A stretch of 64,000 nucleotides of DNA from a virus (lineage: Duplodnaviria > Caudoviricetes). A program made the translations under genes and the position numbers. The DNA lies in the IMG/VR virus record IMGVR_UViG_2816332256_000001, positions 19,827 through 83,826 of that record. One strand, given 5' to 3'. The notes under the pieces are model-generated. The model was given only the letters and a program-made list of their open reading frames with translations, had not been told where the DNA came from and ran no database searches. Positions 17,267-26,835 of the stretch are shown here, in pieces; within the stretch, counting starts at the first letter, position 1; the number at the start of each line of letters is the position of its first letter.

Positions 17267-18315
17267 GCCTCCGGGAATTCATCATGCGTGCGGCCGTCGA
17301 GCAATCGGCCGGCGGCGCGCTTGCCTGCGCGGTGAACCATAGACCAGCTATCGCCGCTCGCGGCGCCGCGCGGGTAGTTGTCGACGCGGTAGCCGCCGGC
17401 CGCGATGCGCCCGTCAAGTGAGATCGCGGCCGTTTCGACGCGGCCTGAGCTGAAGTCGCCCGAGCCTGGTGCCCATTCGCCGTGCTGTTTGAACAAGAAC
17501 GGCACGCCGTAAGCCGCGCACTGGTCGCGCAACGAGCGAGCCCAGTCTGGATGCATCGGCCGCGCGCCGCGGCCGCTTTCGCCGCCGACGATCACCCAGT
17601 CGATCTCGGGTGAGCTAAATCCCGTCCCATCCTCCGCGTACTCCGTCGTGGGCCCATGAATCCATGGCGCGTCGGCAGGGCAGTCGGCACAGGACTGCAT
17701 TTCCTGCATGCAGCACACACCAGTCGGATCGAACCAGGCTCGAAGATCAACCGGCCCGAGCAACGGCTCCATGGACAGGAACCGGCGGCGCGCCGGCGTC
17801 ATGAGCAGCTTCTCGATGTCGCGATCTGCCTCGGCCTGGTCGACGATCGTCGCGCCGAGCCAGACGTTTGCCCACGGCCACGGCGTGTTGACGCGGCGGC
17901 CAGCGAGCTCGAGTGCACGGGCGATCATCGGTCCGGCATTGCCGATGCGTTTCGTCAGCAGCAACCAGTCGAGGTGCGGGGTGTTCCAGATCAGATCGAA
18001 CAGGTCGGCGCGCCACGCATCCGGAACGGCGTTATCGAACACGTCGGCGAGCGACGCGCAGAACACGCGCTGGCGCCGGCCGTGTGCGGCGAAGAACTCA
18101 GCATGTGCAGCTTCCCACGCGAGCGGCTTCCGCCAGTTCGCGGCCGACGTGCGGCGACGCGGCGCGCCGGTCCCCCAGTTCACGGCCGTGCCGCCGGCGA
18201 AGCGCGCGTTGCGCGACTCGGCGTAGCAGTGGTCGCAGCCCGGGCTGACCTTCGCGCAGCCCTCCCACGGGTTGAAAGTGTGGTCGCACCACTCGATTTT
18301 TGTGTTCTCGCTCAT
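17263..18315 (-). CDS. DUF5131 (Gp37/Gp68) protein
   Basis: TKIEWCDHTFNPW.GC.KVSPGC.HCYAE; WVIVGGESG..ARPM. Confidence 0.88.
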   Translation of the reverse strand: MSENTKIEWCDHTFNPWEGCAKVSPGCDHCYAESRNARFAGGTAVNWGTGAPRRRTSAANWRKPLAWEAAHAEFFAAHGRRQRVFCASLADVFDNAVPDAWRADLFDLIWNTPHLDWLLLTKRIGNAGPMIARALELAGRRVNTPWPWANVWLGATIVDQAEADRDIEKLLMTPARRRFLSMEPLLGPVDLRAWFDPTGVCCMQEMQSCADCPADAPWIHGPTTEYAEDGTGFSSPEIDWVIVGGESGRGARPMHPDWARSLRDQCAAYGVPFLFKQHGEWAPGSGDFSSGRVETAAISLDGRIAAGGYRVDNYPRGAASGDSWSMVHRAGKRAAGRLLDGRTHDEFPEA

Positions 18316-18872
18316 GCGGCAAGCTCCTCGTCGTTGTTGTCCATGGGCTGCTGAAACACGCGGCCGCGCTCGCCGGCCGGGATCGTCACAAGGCCGGCCG
18401 CGGCGAGGAACGGATTGCGCTTCATGGCGTCGCGCGCCGCGCGAGCAGCTGCAGTTTTGATGGCGGCCGGGCACGGTACGTCCGGCCCTGTGCCGACTGC
18501 CCACACCGGCCGCCACTGGGCTCGGCCGACGGGCGGGATCCACTCGACGATATGCACTTCGGCCCGGTGAATCGTCAGCAGCTCGCTGACGCGCTGCTGC
18601 GATACGCCGCAACGCGTCACCAGATCGCGAACGGACAGTTGCTCACGCTCGAGGATGGCGCGCATCCTGTCCCATGCAGGCGTCGCGTGCGACTTGTAAT
18701 CGCGTTGCGCCCGCTTGAGCTTGAGCACCCTGGTGGCGAAGGTCTGGACTGACTTACGCGAATGCCGCGGAAACGCGGCGTACAGAGCCTTGGATGGGAT
18801 AGGCGATGGGTAGAGGCGTGCGAGCAGGCGCGCCTCGCCGGTCGTCCACAGGTTGTGTGTCGACGTCGACAT
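18312..18872 (-). CDS. Phage hypothetical protein with HTH-like segment
   Basis: WT..E..LL..LYP N-terminus; translationally coupled within the early operon. Confidence 0.6.
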   Translation of the reverse strand: MSTSTHNLWTTGEARLLARLYPSPIPSKALYAAFPRHSRKSVQTFATRVLKLKRAQRDYKSHATPAWDRMRAILEREQLSVRDLVTRCGVSQQRVSELLTIHRAEVHIVEWIPPVGRAQWRPVWAVGTGPDVPCPAAIKTAAARAARDAMKRNPFLAAAGLVTIPAGERGRVFQQPMDNNDEELAA

Positions 18873-18960
18873 GCTTCGATTTCTCCGGATCCTTGCAGAT
18901 GGTCGAGCCGCTGTTACTCAGCGAACTCAAGTTCGAGATGGGGTTGTCGATAACTGGGGG

Positions 18961-19179
18961 ATGAAGACGACAATCACCAAGGCGGAAGCCCACGAAGTCC
19001 TGGAAGCAGCTACCAAACTAGTCGAGGCGCTGGCGGCCGCGAACGGCGTCGCGGTGGACTCACAAGAGGGACAGGTGCTGTACGACAAAATCGTGTTCGG
19101 CGCGCTTAACGAGTGCATGCCGAATGCAACGATCGAGCAGCTCTTCGAGCTGCTTGAAAAGCCGGACGGCGGCCATTAA
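18961..19179 (+). CDS. Small hypothetical protein antisense to the early operon (72 aa)
   Basis: ATG after GGGGG, occupies an otherwise empty gap, convergent 4-bp overlap with the next gene. Confidence 0.55.
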   Translation: MKTTITKAEAHEVLEAATKLVEALAAANGVAVDSQEGQVLYDKIVFGALNECMPNATIEQLFELLEKPDGGH

Positions 19180-19616
19180 CCGCTGATTGCGTGGCTCGTC
19201 GGACCGTCTGACTCAACACGTTCGGCAGCGCGGACCGGCGTACCCAGCGGTTTCCAGTGCGTGTACGGCGGCTGTTCGGGCGGCAGTCGGCTGCCGGCCG
19301 GTGCAACCGAGTGGGCCCACTCGTAGTGACTGGTCCACACCGTCCAGCAGTCATCCTCGATCATGTCGAAGTCGTATCGCTCGGGGTGTTGCTCGTCTTC
19401 GCCGTCGAGCCAGAAAACGACTACGAGAACATCGGTGGGAGCGGTCGAGATTGGTTGCCACTGGTCGATGCCGAGCTCGCGCAGGCGCGCAGCAACGTAC
19501 GCTGCCAGTTCCAGCGCCGCCGCATAGCTCGCTCCATCCATGCACGTGCCGCGCTCGCGAATCCACTGCGACACGATCGGCTCCGTCTCGGTCAACATGC
19601 CGTCGCTGATCTTCAT
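19176..19616 (-). CDS. Phage hypothetical protein (WQPI.TAP motif)
   Basis: WQPISTAP...THW.PL motif common in phage early proteins. Confidence 0.6.
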   Translation of the reverse strand: MKISDGMLTETEPIVSQWIRERGTCMDGASYAAALELAAYVAARLRELGIDQWQPISTAPTDVLVVVFWLDGEDEQHPERYDFDMIEDDCWTVWTSHYEWAHSVAPAGSRLPPEQPPYTHWKPLGTPVRAAERVESDGPTSHAISG

Positions 19617-19855
19617 GCTCGCACCCATCCTTTCGACGTCGAGCGGATCTTCCCAGCCTTGCGCAGCGCCTGCAGACGGCGCTCTAGAACACGCCAGTCG
19701 TCGACGCCGTAGCGTGATCGCTTGGTGCCGGCCACTTTGGCGTGTCGTTCGCATTCAGCCATCAGCGCGCGGCAGCCGCGCAGATACGTGAATGACTTTG
19801 GAGATTCGTCGATCGCACCAACGATCAGCGCGTCGAGTTTTTCGTATTTGCTCAT
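19613..19855 (-). CDS. Phage hypothetical protein
   Basis: Coupled overlaps on both sides; R..DRRLQALRKAG.I-like motif. Confidence 0.65.
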   Translation of the reverse strand: MSKYEKLDALIVGAIDESPKSFTYLRGCRALMAECERHAKVAGTKRSRYGVDDWRVLERRLQALRKAGKIRSTSKGWVRA

Positions 19856-21291
19856 TGCTTTTCTCCTGCTCGGGCGGCGTCGATCTGCGCGCGTAGGTCA
19901 GACGGGGAGTGACCACTGTCGTCGTCGGTCGGAGAGGCCCAGAACATGTCGCGTGAACCGTACAGCAGCGGATGGCGAACATTGACGACGCGCTCGCAAA
20001 GCCAGTCGAGCCGTGCAGTGTCCGTCACCTCGGCGTGCGGCTCCGGCAGGTTCAGTTCTCCGCGCTGGATCTTGATGGAGTTGTCGAGCGCGTCGATGTG
20101 GTCGGTAGTGAGTGCCTGAGCGCGGTCCGCCTCGATGACGGCGAGCGCGGCGGAGATTACGCCCGACGATGCGCGCGGCTCAGGCTGGGCCGGATGCGCG
20201 GCGTCTTGTTCCTTGAGCGCTTCCACGCGTAGTGCGAGCGATGCGTCGATCCCGACTGCGATCCGGTGTGCGAGCCCGAGACACCACGCCGGCATGTCAG
20301 TCTCGCCGCAGCCGCGCAGCAACCCTGCGTGTCCGATCAGCGTGAAAACGTCGCTTTCCGTCAGTCTCTCCCGAGCAGCTGCCGGTGCGGGAGGCTGCGG
20401 GGCGGCCGGAATTGCACGAAGCATTTCCCCCCAAACGGATTTGGCGCCGCGTCCTTGCGTGCATGGCCAGTAGCCACGATCGAGCATCGCTTGTGTCGGC
20501 TCGACCGGAACGAGCACGTAACCAGTCTTGCGCGGCACCGGTTCCGCCGCCGGCGCGAGTGCGGCGGCGCGGTCCCGCCGGCAGGAGTCGTCCGTGCGCT
20601 TTTCGCACGGGCCTGCGCCGCTGCACATGCACGGCGCAGGCACACCAGCAAGCCGCGCGCGCAGCCACGTCGCGACGTCTTCGCCCTGCGGGCAACCGAA
20701 CTCGCTGCAGATCCCGTGCAGCAGGTCGAGGTTCACGCGCACCGCGTTGTAGACCCAGCGGGCGATCGGGCGCAGCAGATCGCCGTCCTGCTGCGGCTCA
20801 ATGACGTCGAGCAGATCGCGCACGATCTTGACGCTCGCCGAACTGTCGTTCGTGAGTTCGTCGATGCGCGCCTCGAGCGCCGCGGCGTTCGCGCGCCACG
20901 TGTCCGCCTTCAGCTGCGCGGCGTCGCGCTCGGCGGTGAGGCGCTCAACGTCGGCGCGCAGGCCTTCGATGATCTGCGCGACGTCGATGACGCGGGCGTT
21001 CGGATCCAGCGACTTCTCGACGAGGCCGACCGACACCAGCGTTGGAGCGGCATCGTCCGGTGCTGTGTCGCTGGTCGGCGCGGCTGGCGTGGTCGGCTGC
21101 GCTGCGCGCGCGAGCCAGTACACATATTCGTTGCCGCCGCCGGCCCGCTTTTCGCGCTCGACGATCGCCTCGCCGAGCATCCGGTTCAGCTCCTTCGTCA
21201 CGTCGAGATGCGGGAGCCCGGTTCCGATCGCCACGGCCTTCGCCGTGGCTTCCGATGTCGCGGCGAGATACTTCTCGATGTCCTCTCTCAC
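19852..21291 (-). CDS. Mosaic phage protein (N-terminal wHTH-like, coiled coil)
   Basis: GTG start with RBS GGAGG; GY.LVP.EPT..M and DTARLDWL modules. Confidence 0.65.
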   Translation of the reverse strand: MREDIEKYLAATSEATAKAVAIGTGLPHLDVTKELNRMLGEAIVEREKRAGGGNEYVYWLARAAQPTTPAAPTSDTAPDDAAPTLVSVGLVEKSLDPNARVIDVAQIIEGLRADVERLTAERDAAQLKADTWRANAAALEARIDELTNDSSASVKIVRDLLDVIEPQQDGDLLRPIARWVYNAVRVNLDLLHGICSEFGCPQGEDVATWLRARLAGVPAPCMCSGAGPCEKRTDDSCRRDRAAALAPAAEPVPRKTGYVLVPVEPTQAMLDRGYWPCTQGRGAKSVWGEMLRAIPAAPQPPAPAAARERLTESDVFTLIGHAGLLRGCGETDMPAWCLGLAHRIAVGIDASLALRVEALKEQDAAHPAQPEPRASSGVISAALAVIEADRAQALTTDHIDALDNSIKIQRGELNLPEPHAEVTDTARLDWLCERVVNVRHPLLYGSRDMFWASPTDDDSGHSPSDLRAQIDAARAGEKQ

Positions 21292-23054
21292 GCTGCCTCC
21301 CTGATTGCGTGCTGCGCGGCCGGCGCGACCTGACCGTCCTCGACCCAGAATGCTTCGATGGCTTCGGGCAGGCCGCCGGGCGGCGTCTTCAGGCTCATGA
21401 ACACGAGCGCCGTGTCGATCTGTTCGGTGTAGGCCAGGTCGTCGAGCCAGTAGAGCAGTCGGTCGCGCTCCGGGCCGACCAGGACGTCGGCGCGATCGAG
21501 CACGAGGAGCTTCAGGCCCGAGAAGTGGCTGATCGCCGCGGCGATGTGCGCGTCGACGCGCCAGCGCTCGGATTCGGACAGCAGGGCATAGGCGCGCCCG
21601 TCGGCGAAGATTTCCATCTCCGGCGTGATCGTCACGTCGGCCCATTCGGACATCTCTGCGAGCGCTACGAGGCGCTCGTTCATCGGTGTGAGCGCTTCGC
21701 TGAGCAGGTCGGCCGGGATGCCATTCGGCGCGAGCGCGTCGGCGATCGCCTCGTAGGCGGCAACGTCCTCGTGCAGCGCCGCAGCCTGCTTCGTCAGATC
21801 GGCGGCGCCGGCGGCGCGCCGTTCGATTTCGCGGAGCGTCGCGATGTCGGTGTCGAGCTGCTTTCGGCTGCGTTGAAGGTCGGCCAGTTCGGAGCGCGCG
21901 GCGTCGCCGCTCTCGCGCGCGGCGGCCGCGCCGCTGTCCTCCGCGTCGTCCTCGAGCGCCCGCAGCTGCGTCGCAGCCGCATCGGCCGCTTCGACGTCGC
22001 GTTTGCGGTTCGCGGCCGCGTTTTGCAGCGTCTTCAGGCCCTGCTCGTACTCGGGCAGCTTCGCGGCCGCGTCAGCGTCGCGCGCGCCGGCTGCGGCCGC
22101 CGCGGACAGAACGCCGTTGAGGTAGCGCAGGAGCGCGCCGCATTCAGGGCAGCTGCACTCGGTGCCGGCCGGCGCCGCGCCGGCTCGCACACGAAGCGCT
22201 TCGACCTTGGGCAGAAATTCGGCGACCTGCTCGTCGGCGAGCTGCGCGAGCTCGACCGCCTTCGCGTAACCGGCGGCGCGCGTGCGCAGGTCGGCGATTT
22301 TCGTTGCGCGCGCACGTGCCGCGGTGTCCGCCGCGTCAGCCGCGCCGATCTGCTGCTGCAGTTCGCCGATCCGGTCGTCGAGCGTCGCGCGATCGCCCGT
22401 GAGCTTCCGCAATGCTGCCTCGTCGAACTCGACCGCCGCCGGCCGCCACGTCGCACCCTTCTGGCTGCCGTACGTCTCGCCGGTCGCGTTGCGCCACGAC
22501 TGCTTCGCGCCGCGCGCGCGGTCGGCCGCTTCCTTCTGCGCTGCCTCAAAGCCGGCACGCAACATCGGCGTGATGGCTGCGAGCCGCGCGGCGGCCGGTG
22601 CCGGCACCGCGTCGGCGCGGAACCCGAGCTTGCCCAGCAGCCGAGCGCGCATTTCCTCGACGCCGATCTTCACGCCCATCAGGTCGTACAGAAACGCCCG
22701 GCGCTCGGCCGCGCCGAGGTGCGCGAACCGCTGCGCGTCGAGCACCAGCGGCAAGCGCGGATCCTCGACGAGCTCGCGCTTCAGCTTGCCGGACGGCAGC
22801 GTGACGCTGTTTGCCTGCTCGCCGCACGCGACCACGATCTGGCCGGCGTCGGCTCCTTCGGTGACGAGCGAGCCATATTCCTTCTTCAGCGCGACGCGCA
22901 CGGTGTCGCCGGTGAGCGCCATGCGCACGGCTTCCTGCAGGCTGCTCTTGCCGGCGCCGTTCGGGCCGGTGAAGAGGGCGACCGGCTTTGCGAGCCGGAG
23001 GTCCGCCGTGCGGATTCCGAGAACGTTCGCTACGTAGATGTCGGTGATTTTCAC
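21288..23054 (-). CDS. SMC/Rad50-like AAA ATPase
   Basis: Walker A GPNGAGKS, long coiled coil with CxCPxC, LSESE signature, Walker B LLVLD. Confidence 0.85.
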   Translation of the reverse strand: MKITDIYVANVLGIRTADLRLAKPVALFTGPNGAGKSSLQEAVRMALTGDTVRVALKKEYGSLVTEGADAGQIVVACGEQANSVTLPSGKLKRELVEDPRLPLVLDAQRFAHLGAAERRAFLYDLMGVKIGVEEMRARLLGKLGFRADAVPAPAAARLAAITPMLRAGFEAAQKEAADRARGAKQSWRNATGETYGSQKGATWRPAAVEFDEAALRKLTGDRATLDDRIGELQQQIGAADAADTAARARATKIADLRTRAAGYAKAVELAQLADEQVAEFLPKVEALRVRAGAAPAGTECSCPECGALLRYLNGVLSAAAAAGARDADAAAKLPEYEQGLKTLQNAAANRKRDVEAADAAATQLRALEDDAEDSGAAAARESGDAARSELADLQRSRKQLDTDIATLREIERRAAGAADLTKQAAALHEDVAAYEAIADALAPNGIPADLLSEALTPMNERLVALAEMSEWADVTITPEMEIFADGRAYALLSESERWRVDAHIAAAISHFSGLKLLVLDRADVLVGPERDRLLYWLDDLAYTEQIDTALVFMSLKTPPGGLPEAIEAFWVEDGQVAPAAQHAIREAA

Positions 23055-23932
23055 GATTCCTCTCCCTGCTGCCTGCGCGGCCGCAGCACCGTGCGGCCGC
23101 CGTCCGAATCCATCGCACTCACGATGCCCTTCGCTTCGAGCAGCTCGACCAGCCGTGCGGCGCGGTTGTAGCCGATCTTGAACTGACGCTGCACGCTCGA
23201 GATCGTCACTTTCTGCTGCTCGATCACGAACGCTTCGACTTGGGGGTACAGCGGATCCTCGTCGCCGGCGGCGGCCTGTTGCTCGTGCCACTCCTTCCAG
23301 CCCTTCACCCATGCGATGCACAGTTCGCCAGCCATCACGGGGCATTCGCTTTCGGGCTTGCCTTCGGCGGCCGCCTGCCGGCCGGCATGATGCTGTTCGT
23401 CGATCTGCGCTTGCGTCGGACCGTCGCCGAGCTTCGGCACCTCGCGGAACTCGGCGTCGACGACGTCACCGTCGGATTTGTCGCCGTCCATGCCATCGCC
23501 ATCGCCGTCCGTGTACTCGCGGCCGAGGTCGAAACCGCGCTGATCCGATTCGCCGCGGATCTCGTCCATGCCGCCGGTGTGCTCGCCCGGGTTTGCGACG
23601 ACGACCAGAACGGTTTTCCCGCTTGCTTCGTAGAGCTCGTGCAGGTTCGGCTGAGAACCGCCGAATTTCACGACCGCCTTGACGCCGTCTTTGATCGTGA
23701 TCTGGTCGAGGTCACCCTGGACGACGATGCGGCCATCGCTCGCGATCAGATGCGTCGCCATCTTCACGTTGTGCTCGACGCGCGCACGCAGCCGGTCGAT
23801 GACGTCGTTTTGCTTCTTCTCGGACAGCTTCACCCAGATGTCGGGCATCAGCTTCATTTCGGTCACCAGCGCGGAAAGCAGGTCTTTGCCGATGCTGTCG
23901 GCGGTCATCTGGAGGACGTTCTTGTCGGTCAT
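23051..23932 (-). CDS. Phage protein with C-terminal FtsK gamma domain
   Basis: DPLY......V......SSVQRQFKIGYNRAARL.E.LE..GIVS. Confidence 0.85.
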   Translation of the reverse strand: MTDKNVLQMTADSIGKDLLSALVTEMKLMPDIWVKLSEKKQNDVIDRLRARVEHNVKMATHLIASDGRIVVQGDLDQITIKDGVKAVVKFGGSQPNLHELYEASGKTVLVVVANPGEHTGGMDEIRGESDQRGFDLGREYTDGDGDGMDGDKSDGDVVDAEFREVPKLGDGPTQAQIDEQHHAGRQAAAEGKPESECPVMAGELCIAWVKGWKEWHEQQAAAGDEDPLYPQVEAFVIEQQKVTISSVQRQFKIGYNRAARLVELLEAKGIVSAMDSDGGRTVLRPRRQQGEES

Positions 23933-23962
23933 GTCGAAATCCTTGGCGGCGGAAGGCGCGCG

Positions 23963-25162
23963 TTAGTCGGCGTTGATCGGGCCGCGCGGCCGACGGCCGG
24001 CCGGCGCGGTCGTTTGGGAAGATGCCTTGCCAGCGGCCGCCTGTTCGGCTGCCGCCGTGATGGCGCGCATGCGTGCGGAGGCGAGGGCGTTCAGTTCGGC
24101 CTTGGCGGTTTCGTCCGGCACGCCGCTGATCGCGCTGCGGGCGAGGTCGAGGTCTTCGGGCGACTTGGCGGACTCGATGTCCTCGCGGATGCCGCGCACG
24201 AGGCCGGCGACGTCGAAGTCGAAACCGCCTTGGCCGCCGTCATCGTCATCGCCCGGTTCGCCCTGGTCGTCGACGGGGTCTGCGTGCGCGTCCGACGGCG
24301 GCGCGGCGTTTTCGTGCGATTCGGTGGCGGGGCCGGTTTGCGCCGGCGTGGCGCGCGAGACTTCCTCGGCCGGCTGCGCGCGTCCGGCGCGCAGCTCGTC
24401 GAGCGTCGAGCGGTTAACCGAGTAACTGCCGTCTTCGTGCACGTCGACGATGTCCGCCACTTCCTCGACGCTCGTCAGGCCCATTAGCAGCTCGGGCGCG
24501 TACAGCTTCCCGAAGAACGACGCGGTGCGATAGCGCAGCATGACCTCGTCCATCGTCTGCCACTTGCTGCCGTTCTTCGTGTACCAGCCTTCCTTGACGG
24601 CCATCTCGATCGACACGGCAGGCGAGTCGATCCGCTCGCCGGTCTCTTTCTCGATGGCCCACGCCACGCAGACCTTGTCGACGATCGGCACGCGCTTCGT
24701 GACCGTGCTGCGGTTGCCGTTCTCCCAGACCGTTTCGACGCGTTCGACTGTCTTGTCGCCGAGCACCTTGATGTCGAAGCGCAGGGGCGAGAAGCGGCCG
24801 CAGCCGTTCACCGCGGCGATGATCCACTGCGACGACCAGGACGGCCGGCCCTCGACGATGTACAGGTTCTGCATCACCATCAGCGGATCGGCGCCCATGC
24901 GCTGCGCCATATTCAGCGCAACGACGGCGTTCGCGAGCGCGTTCGGGTTCTCACGCGATTCCTTCACGTTGCCGTACTTGTCGAGCTTTTCGATGACCTT
25001 GCGATACGCGGCAGGCACGAGCGTCGACGACGCAAGAAGGTTCGCAGCGCGCTGCATCAGCTCGAACGACTGCAGCGAGCCGAAGCCGGGAGCCACGGCG
25101 GGCATGTTGGCCTCGCGCGGCAGCGGCGAGCGGACGGATTCGAGAGTGGTAGGCGTGGACAT
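23963..25162 (-). CDS. RecT/ERF-like ssDNA annealing protein
   Basis: A.NMAQRMG.DP..VMQN.YIV.GRPSWS...EVML.YR.ASFF; adjacent to an exonuclease. Confidence 0.7.
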   Translation of the reverse strand: MSTPTTLESVRSPLPREANMPAVAPGFGSLQSFELMQRAANLLASSTLVPAAYRKVIEKLDKYGNVKESRENPNALANAVVALNMAQRMGADPLMVMQNLYIVEGRPSWSSQWIIAAVNGCGRFSPLRFDIKVLGDKTVERVETVWENGNRSTVTKRVPIVDKVCVAWAIEKETGERIDSPAVSIEMAVKEGWYTKNGSKWQTMDEVMLRYRTASFFGKLYAPELLMGLTSVEEVADIVDVHEDGSYSVNRSTLDELRAGRAQPAEEVSRATPAQTGPATESHENAAPPSDAHADPVDDQGEPGDDDDGGQGGFDFDVAGLVRGIREDIESAKSPEDLDLARSAISGVPDETAKAELNALASARMRAITAAAEQAAAGKASSQTTAPAGRRPRGPINAD

Positions 25163-25173
25163 GGATATCTCGG

Positions 25174-25983
25174 TTATTCGTGGAATTGGCAGGTGCCGTA
25201 GCGCGGGCAGTACTTCTTGTCGCACAACAGCGATTTCGGGTTGGGGTAGAAGCGACCAGAGCGGAACATGTCGGCGGCAAACTGGATCAGCCCCGGCGTT
25301 TCCTCGGTGCCAAGCATCACGCGCTTGGCGTTCTTGACCGGTGCGGTCGCGACCTCAGGCGTACCCTTCGTTTTCAGGCCGATGATCTCGGCGGTGTCGC
25401 CGATCTGCTCGCCCGTCGTGTGCTCGTACAACAGCTCGTATGTCCCGATCTGCGGGCCGTGGCCCTTCGTGACAGCGACGCCCTGCGCGACGGCCTTCGA
25501 TCCGCTCTTCAGGTCGGCGATGCCCGGGCCGAGCGCCGTGCGACGGACACGTGCGCGGTCCATCGTGCCGGTGAGGCGGACCACGATCCCACCGCCGCAG
25601 TCGATGTCGAGCGGCTTCGTTTCCATCTCGACCGCGACGAAGTTGTACCGCGGCGTGATTTCGAGGCAGTACTTCGTCGTGAGCGAGATACCGATGCGCT
25701 CGGCTTCCTTCAGGTTGAGATCGTCGCTCGCCGGGTTGTACTCGTTCGACGGGTCGTGCAGCTTGTCGACGAATGCTCCGGCCGCGTCGTCGACGGTCAG
25801 GCCGGAGCCGTCAAGCATGCTCTGGTCATAGGCAGCCGTGCCGGCGTGGATCGCGGTACCGAGCGCGGCGCGCAGACCAACGACGTTCCGCATCTTCAGG
25901 AGGTGGGTTGCCTCCCACCGGTAGGCGCACTCGAAAAGTGCGCCCCAGCTCGACGCCCGCACGGTGTAGACCGAGGGGGTCAT
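25174..25983 (-). CDS. PD-(D/E)XK exonuclease (RecB/RecE-like)
   Basis: GTAIH, LTGT.D, IADLKSG, QI..Y, terminal LC..KYCP....C. Confidence 0.8.
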   Translation of the reverse strand: MTPSVYTVRASSWGALFECAYRWEATHLLKMRNVVGLRAALGTAIHAGTAAYDQSMLDGSGLTVDDAAGAFVDKLHDPSNEYNPASDDLNLKEAERIGISLTTKYCLEITPRYNFVAVEMETKPLDIDCGGGIVVRLTGTMDRARVRRTALGPGIADLKSGSKAVAQGVAVTKGHGPQIGTYELLYEHTTGEQIGDTAEIIGLKTKGTPEVATAPVKNAKRVMLGTEETPGLIQFAADMFRSGRFYPNPKSLLCDKKYCPRYGTCQFHE

Positions 25984-26279
25984 GCCGCACCTGCGATTTC
26001 GGCGTCGACGTCGGCGGCCGGTACCGGCATCTTCTCGATGCACACGTACGGGAAGCGGTCGGGGAACGGCTTGATGTGCTTGTAGAAGTGCGAGCCGAGC
26101 GAGTCGGCGCCCTTGAGCGCATCGAAGTTCGCCTGCGTGAAGCCGGTGTAGTGGTACAGCGACGTCGGCGCATTCGTCTTGCGATCCTTGAAGCGGACCG
26201 CAAGCGTTTCGGATTCGGCGTCGTAGCCGATGCTATGGATCTGCGACGACTCGACCGGTTGGGTGTCGATGGTTTTCAT
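25980..26279 (-). CDS. KTSC domain protein
   Basis: VESSQI.SIGYD.....L.V.F.....Y.Y.......F..L..A.S.G..F...IK. Confidence 0.85.
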   Translation of the reverse strand: MKTIDTQPVESSQIHSIGYDAESETLAVRFKDRKTNAPTSLYHYTGFTQANFDALKGADSLGSHFYKHIKPFPDRFPYVCIEKMPVPAADVDAEIAGAA

Positions 26280-26372
26280 GTCTTGGAACTCCAGATAGAA
26301 CGACGAGAGACGCGCATCGAACGGCGCGGCATGTGGCGGACAACGTTGCGTCGATGGGTGCGACGGCGGCGC

Positions 26373-26516
26373 TTAGAGGATTCCGAAGCGCTTGCAGGTG
26401 TAGTCGATCGCGATCGCGATAACTGCAACTGCGATGAAGGTCGCGAGAACGAGTGCACGTGCGGCGCGCGGATGCCGGCGCTCGAAGAGGTCGGCGTGAT
26501 CGGTGAAGCGGCTCAT
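26373..26516 (-). CDS. Small membrane protein (47 aa)
   Basis: Single TM; ATGA-type coupled overlap. Confidence 0.55.
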   Translation of the reverse strand: MSRFTDHADLFERRHPRAARALVLATFIAVAVIAIAIDYTCKRFGIL

Positions 26517-26662
26517 GATGGCCTCGTGGGAGCGATGACAGGCGCGTCGTCTGGCGCACTGATCAGCGTCGGCACGACAAGCCAGACGAAGACGAACAGG
26601 ATCGTCGCGACGACGAACCACAGGCCGACCAGCTCGCCGACCTTGCGCAGAAAGGACTTCAT
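26513..26662 (-). CDS. Small membrane protein (49 aa; not in ORF track)
   Basis: MKSFLRKVGELVGLWFVVATILFVFVWLVVP...; coupled overlaps. Confidence 0.55.
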   Translation of the reverse strand: MKSFLRKVGELVGLWFVVATILFVFVWLVVPTLISAPDDAPVIAPTRPS

Positions 26663-26835
26663 CCGAGGCTCCGCAGATACGGGCCGGCCAGATCAGCGCC
26701 GAACCAGAGCGCGCCGATCGCGGCGCCGTATGCGACTGCCCATGCCGAGCCTTCGATTACGTAGCGCAGGCGCGATACAGGCGATTGCCTGTATTCGCGA
26801 AATACAGGCTGCAGGCTGTTGAGGGGCGAGCGCAT
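26659..26835 (-). CDS. Small membrane protein (58 aa; not in ORF track)
   Basis: MRSPLNSL...AWAVAYGAAIGALWFGA...; coupled overlaps. Confidence 0.55.
   Translation of the reverse strand: MRSPLNSLQPVFREYRQSPVSRLRYVIEGSAWAVAYGAAIGALWFGADLAGPYLRSLG

Noticed and set aside
21042-24487. Very long plus-strand ORFs (709 aa, 415 aa) and similar shadows at 43123-44556, 48008-49759, 50260-51618
   Set aside because: Antisense shadows of real GC-rich genes; Arg/Ala-rich with no motifs or RBS.
25174-25983. Cas4 / CRISPR association
   Set aside because: No repeat-spacer array or other cas genes in the window; context is a phage recombination operon.
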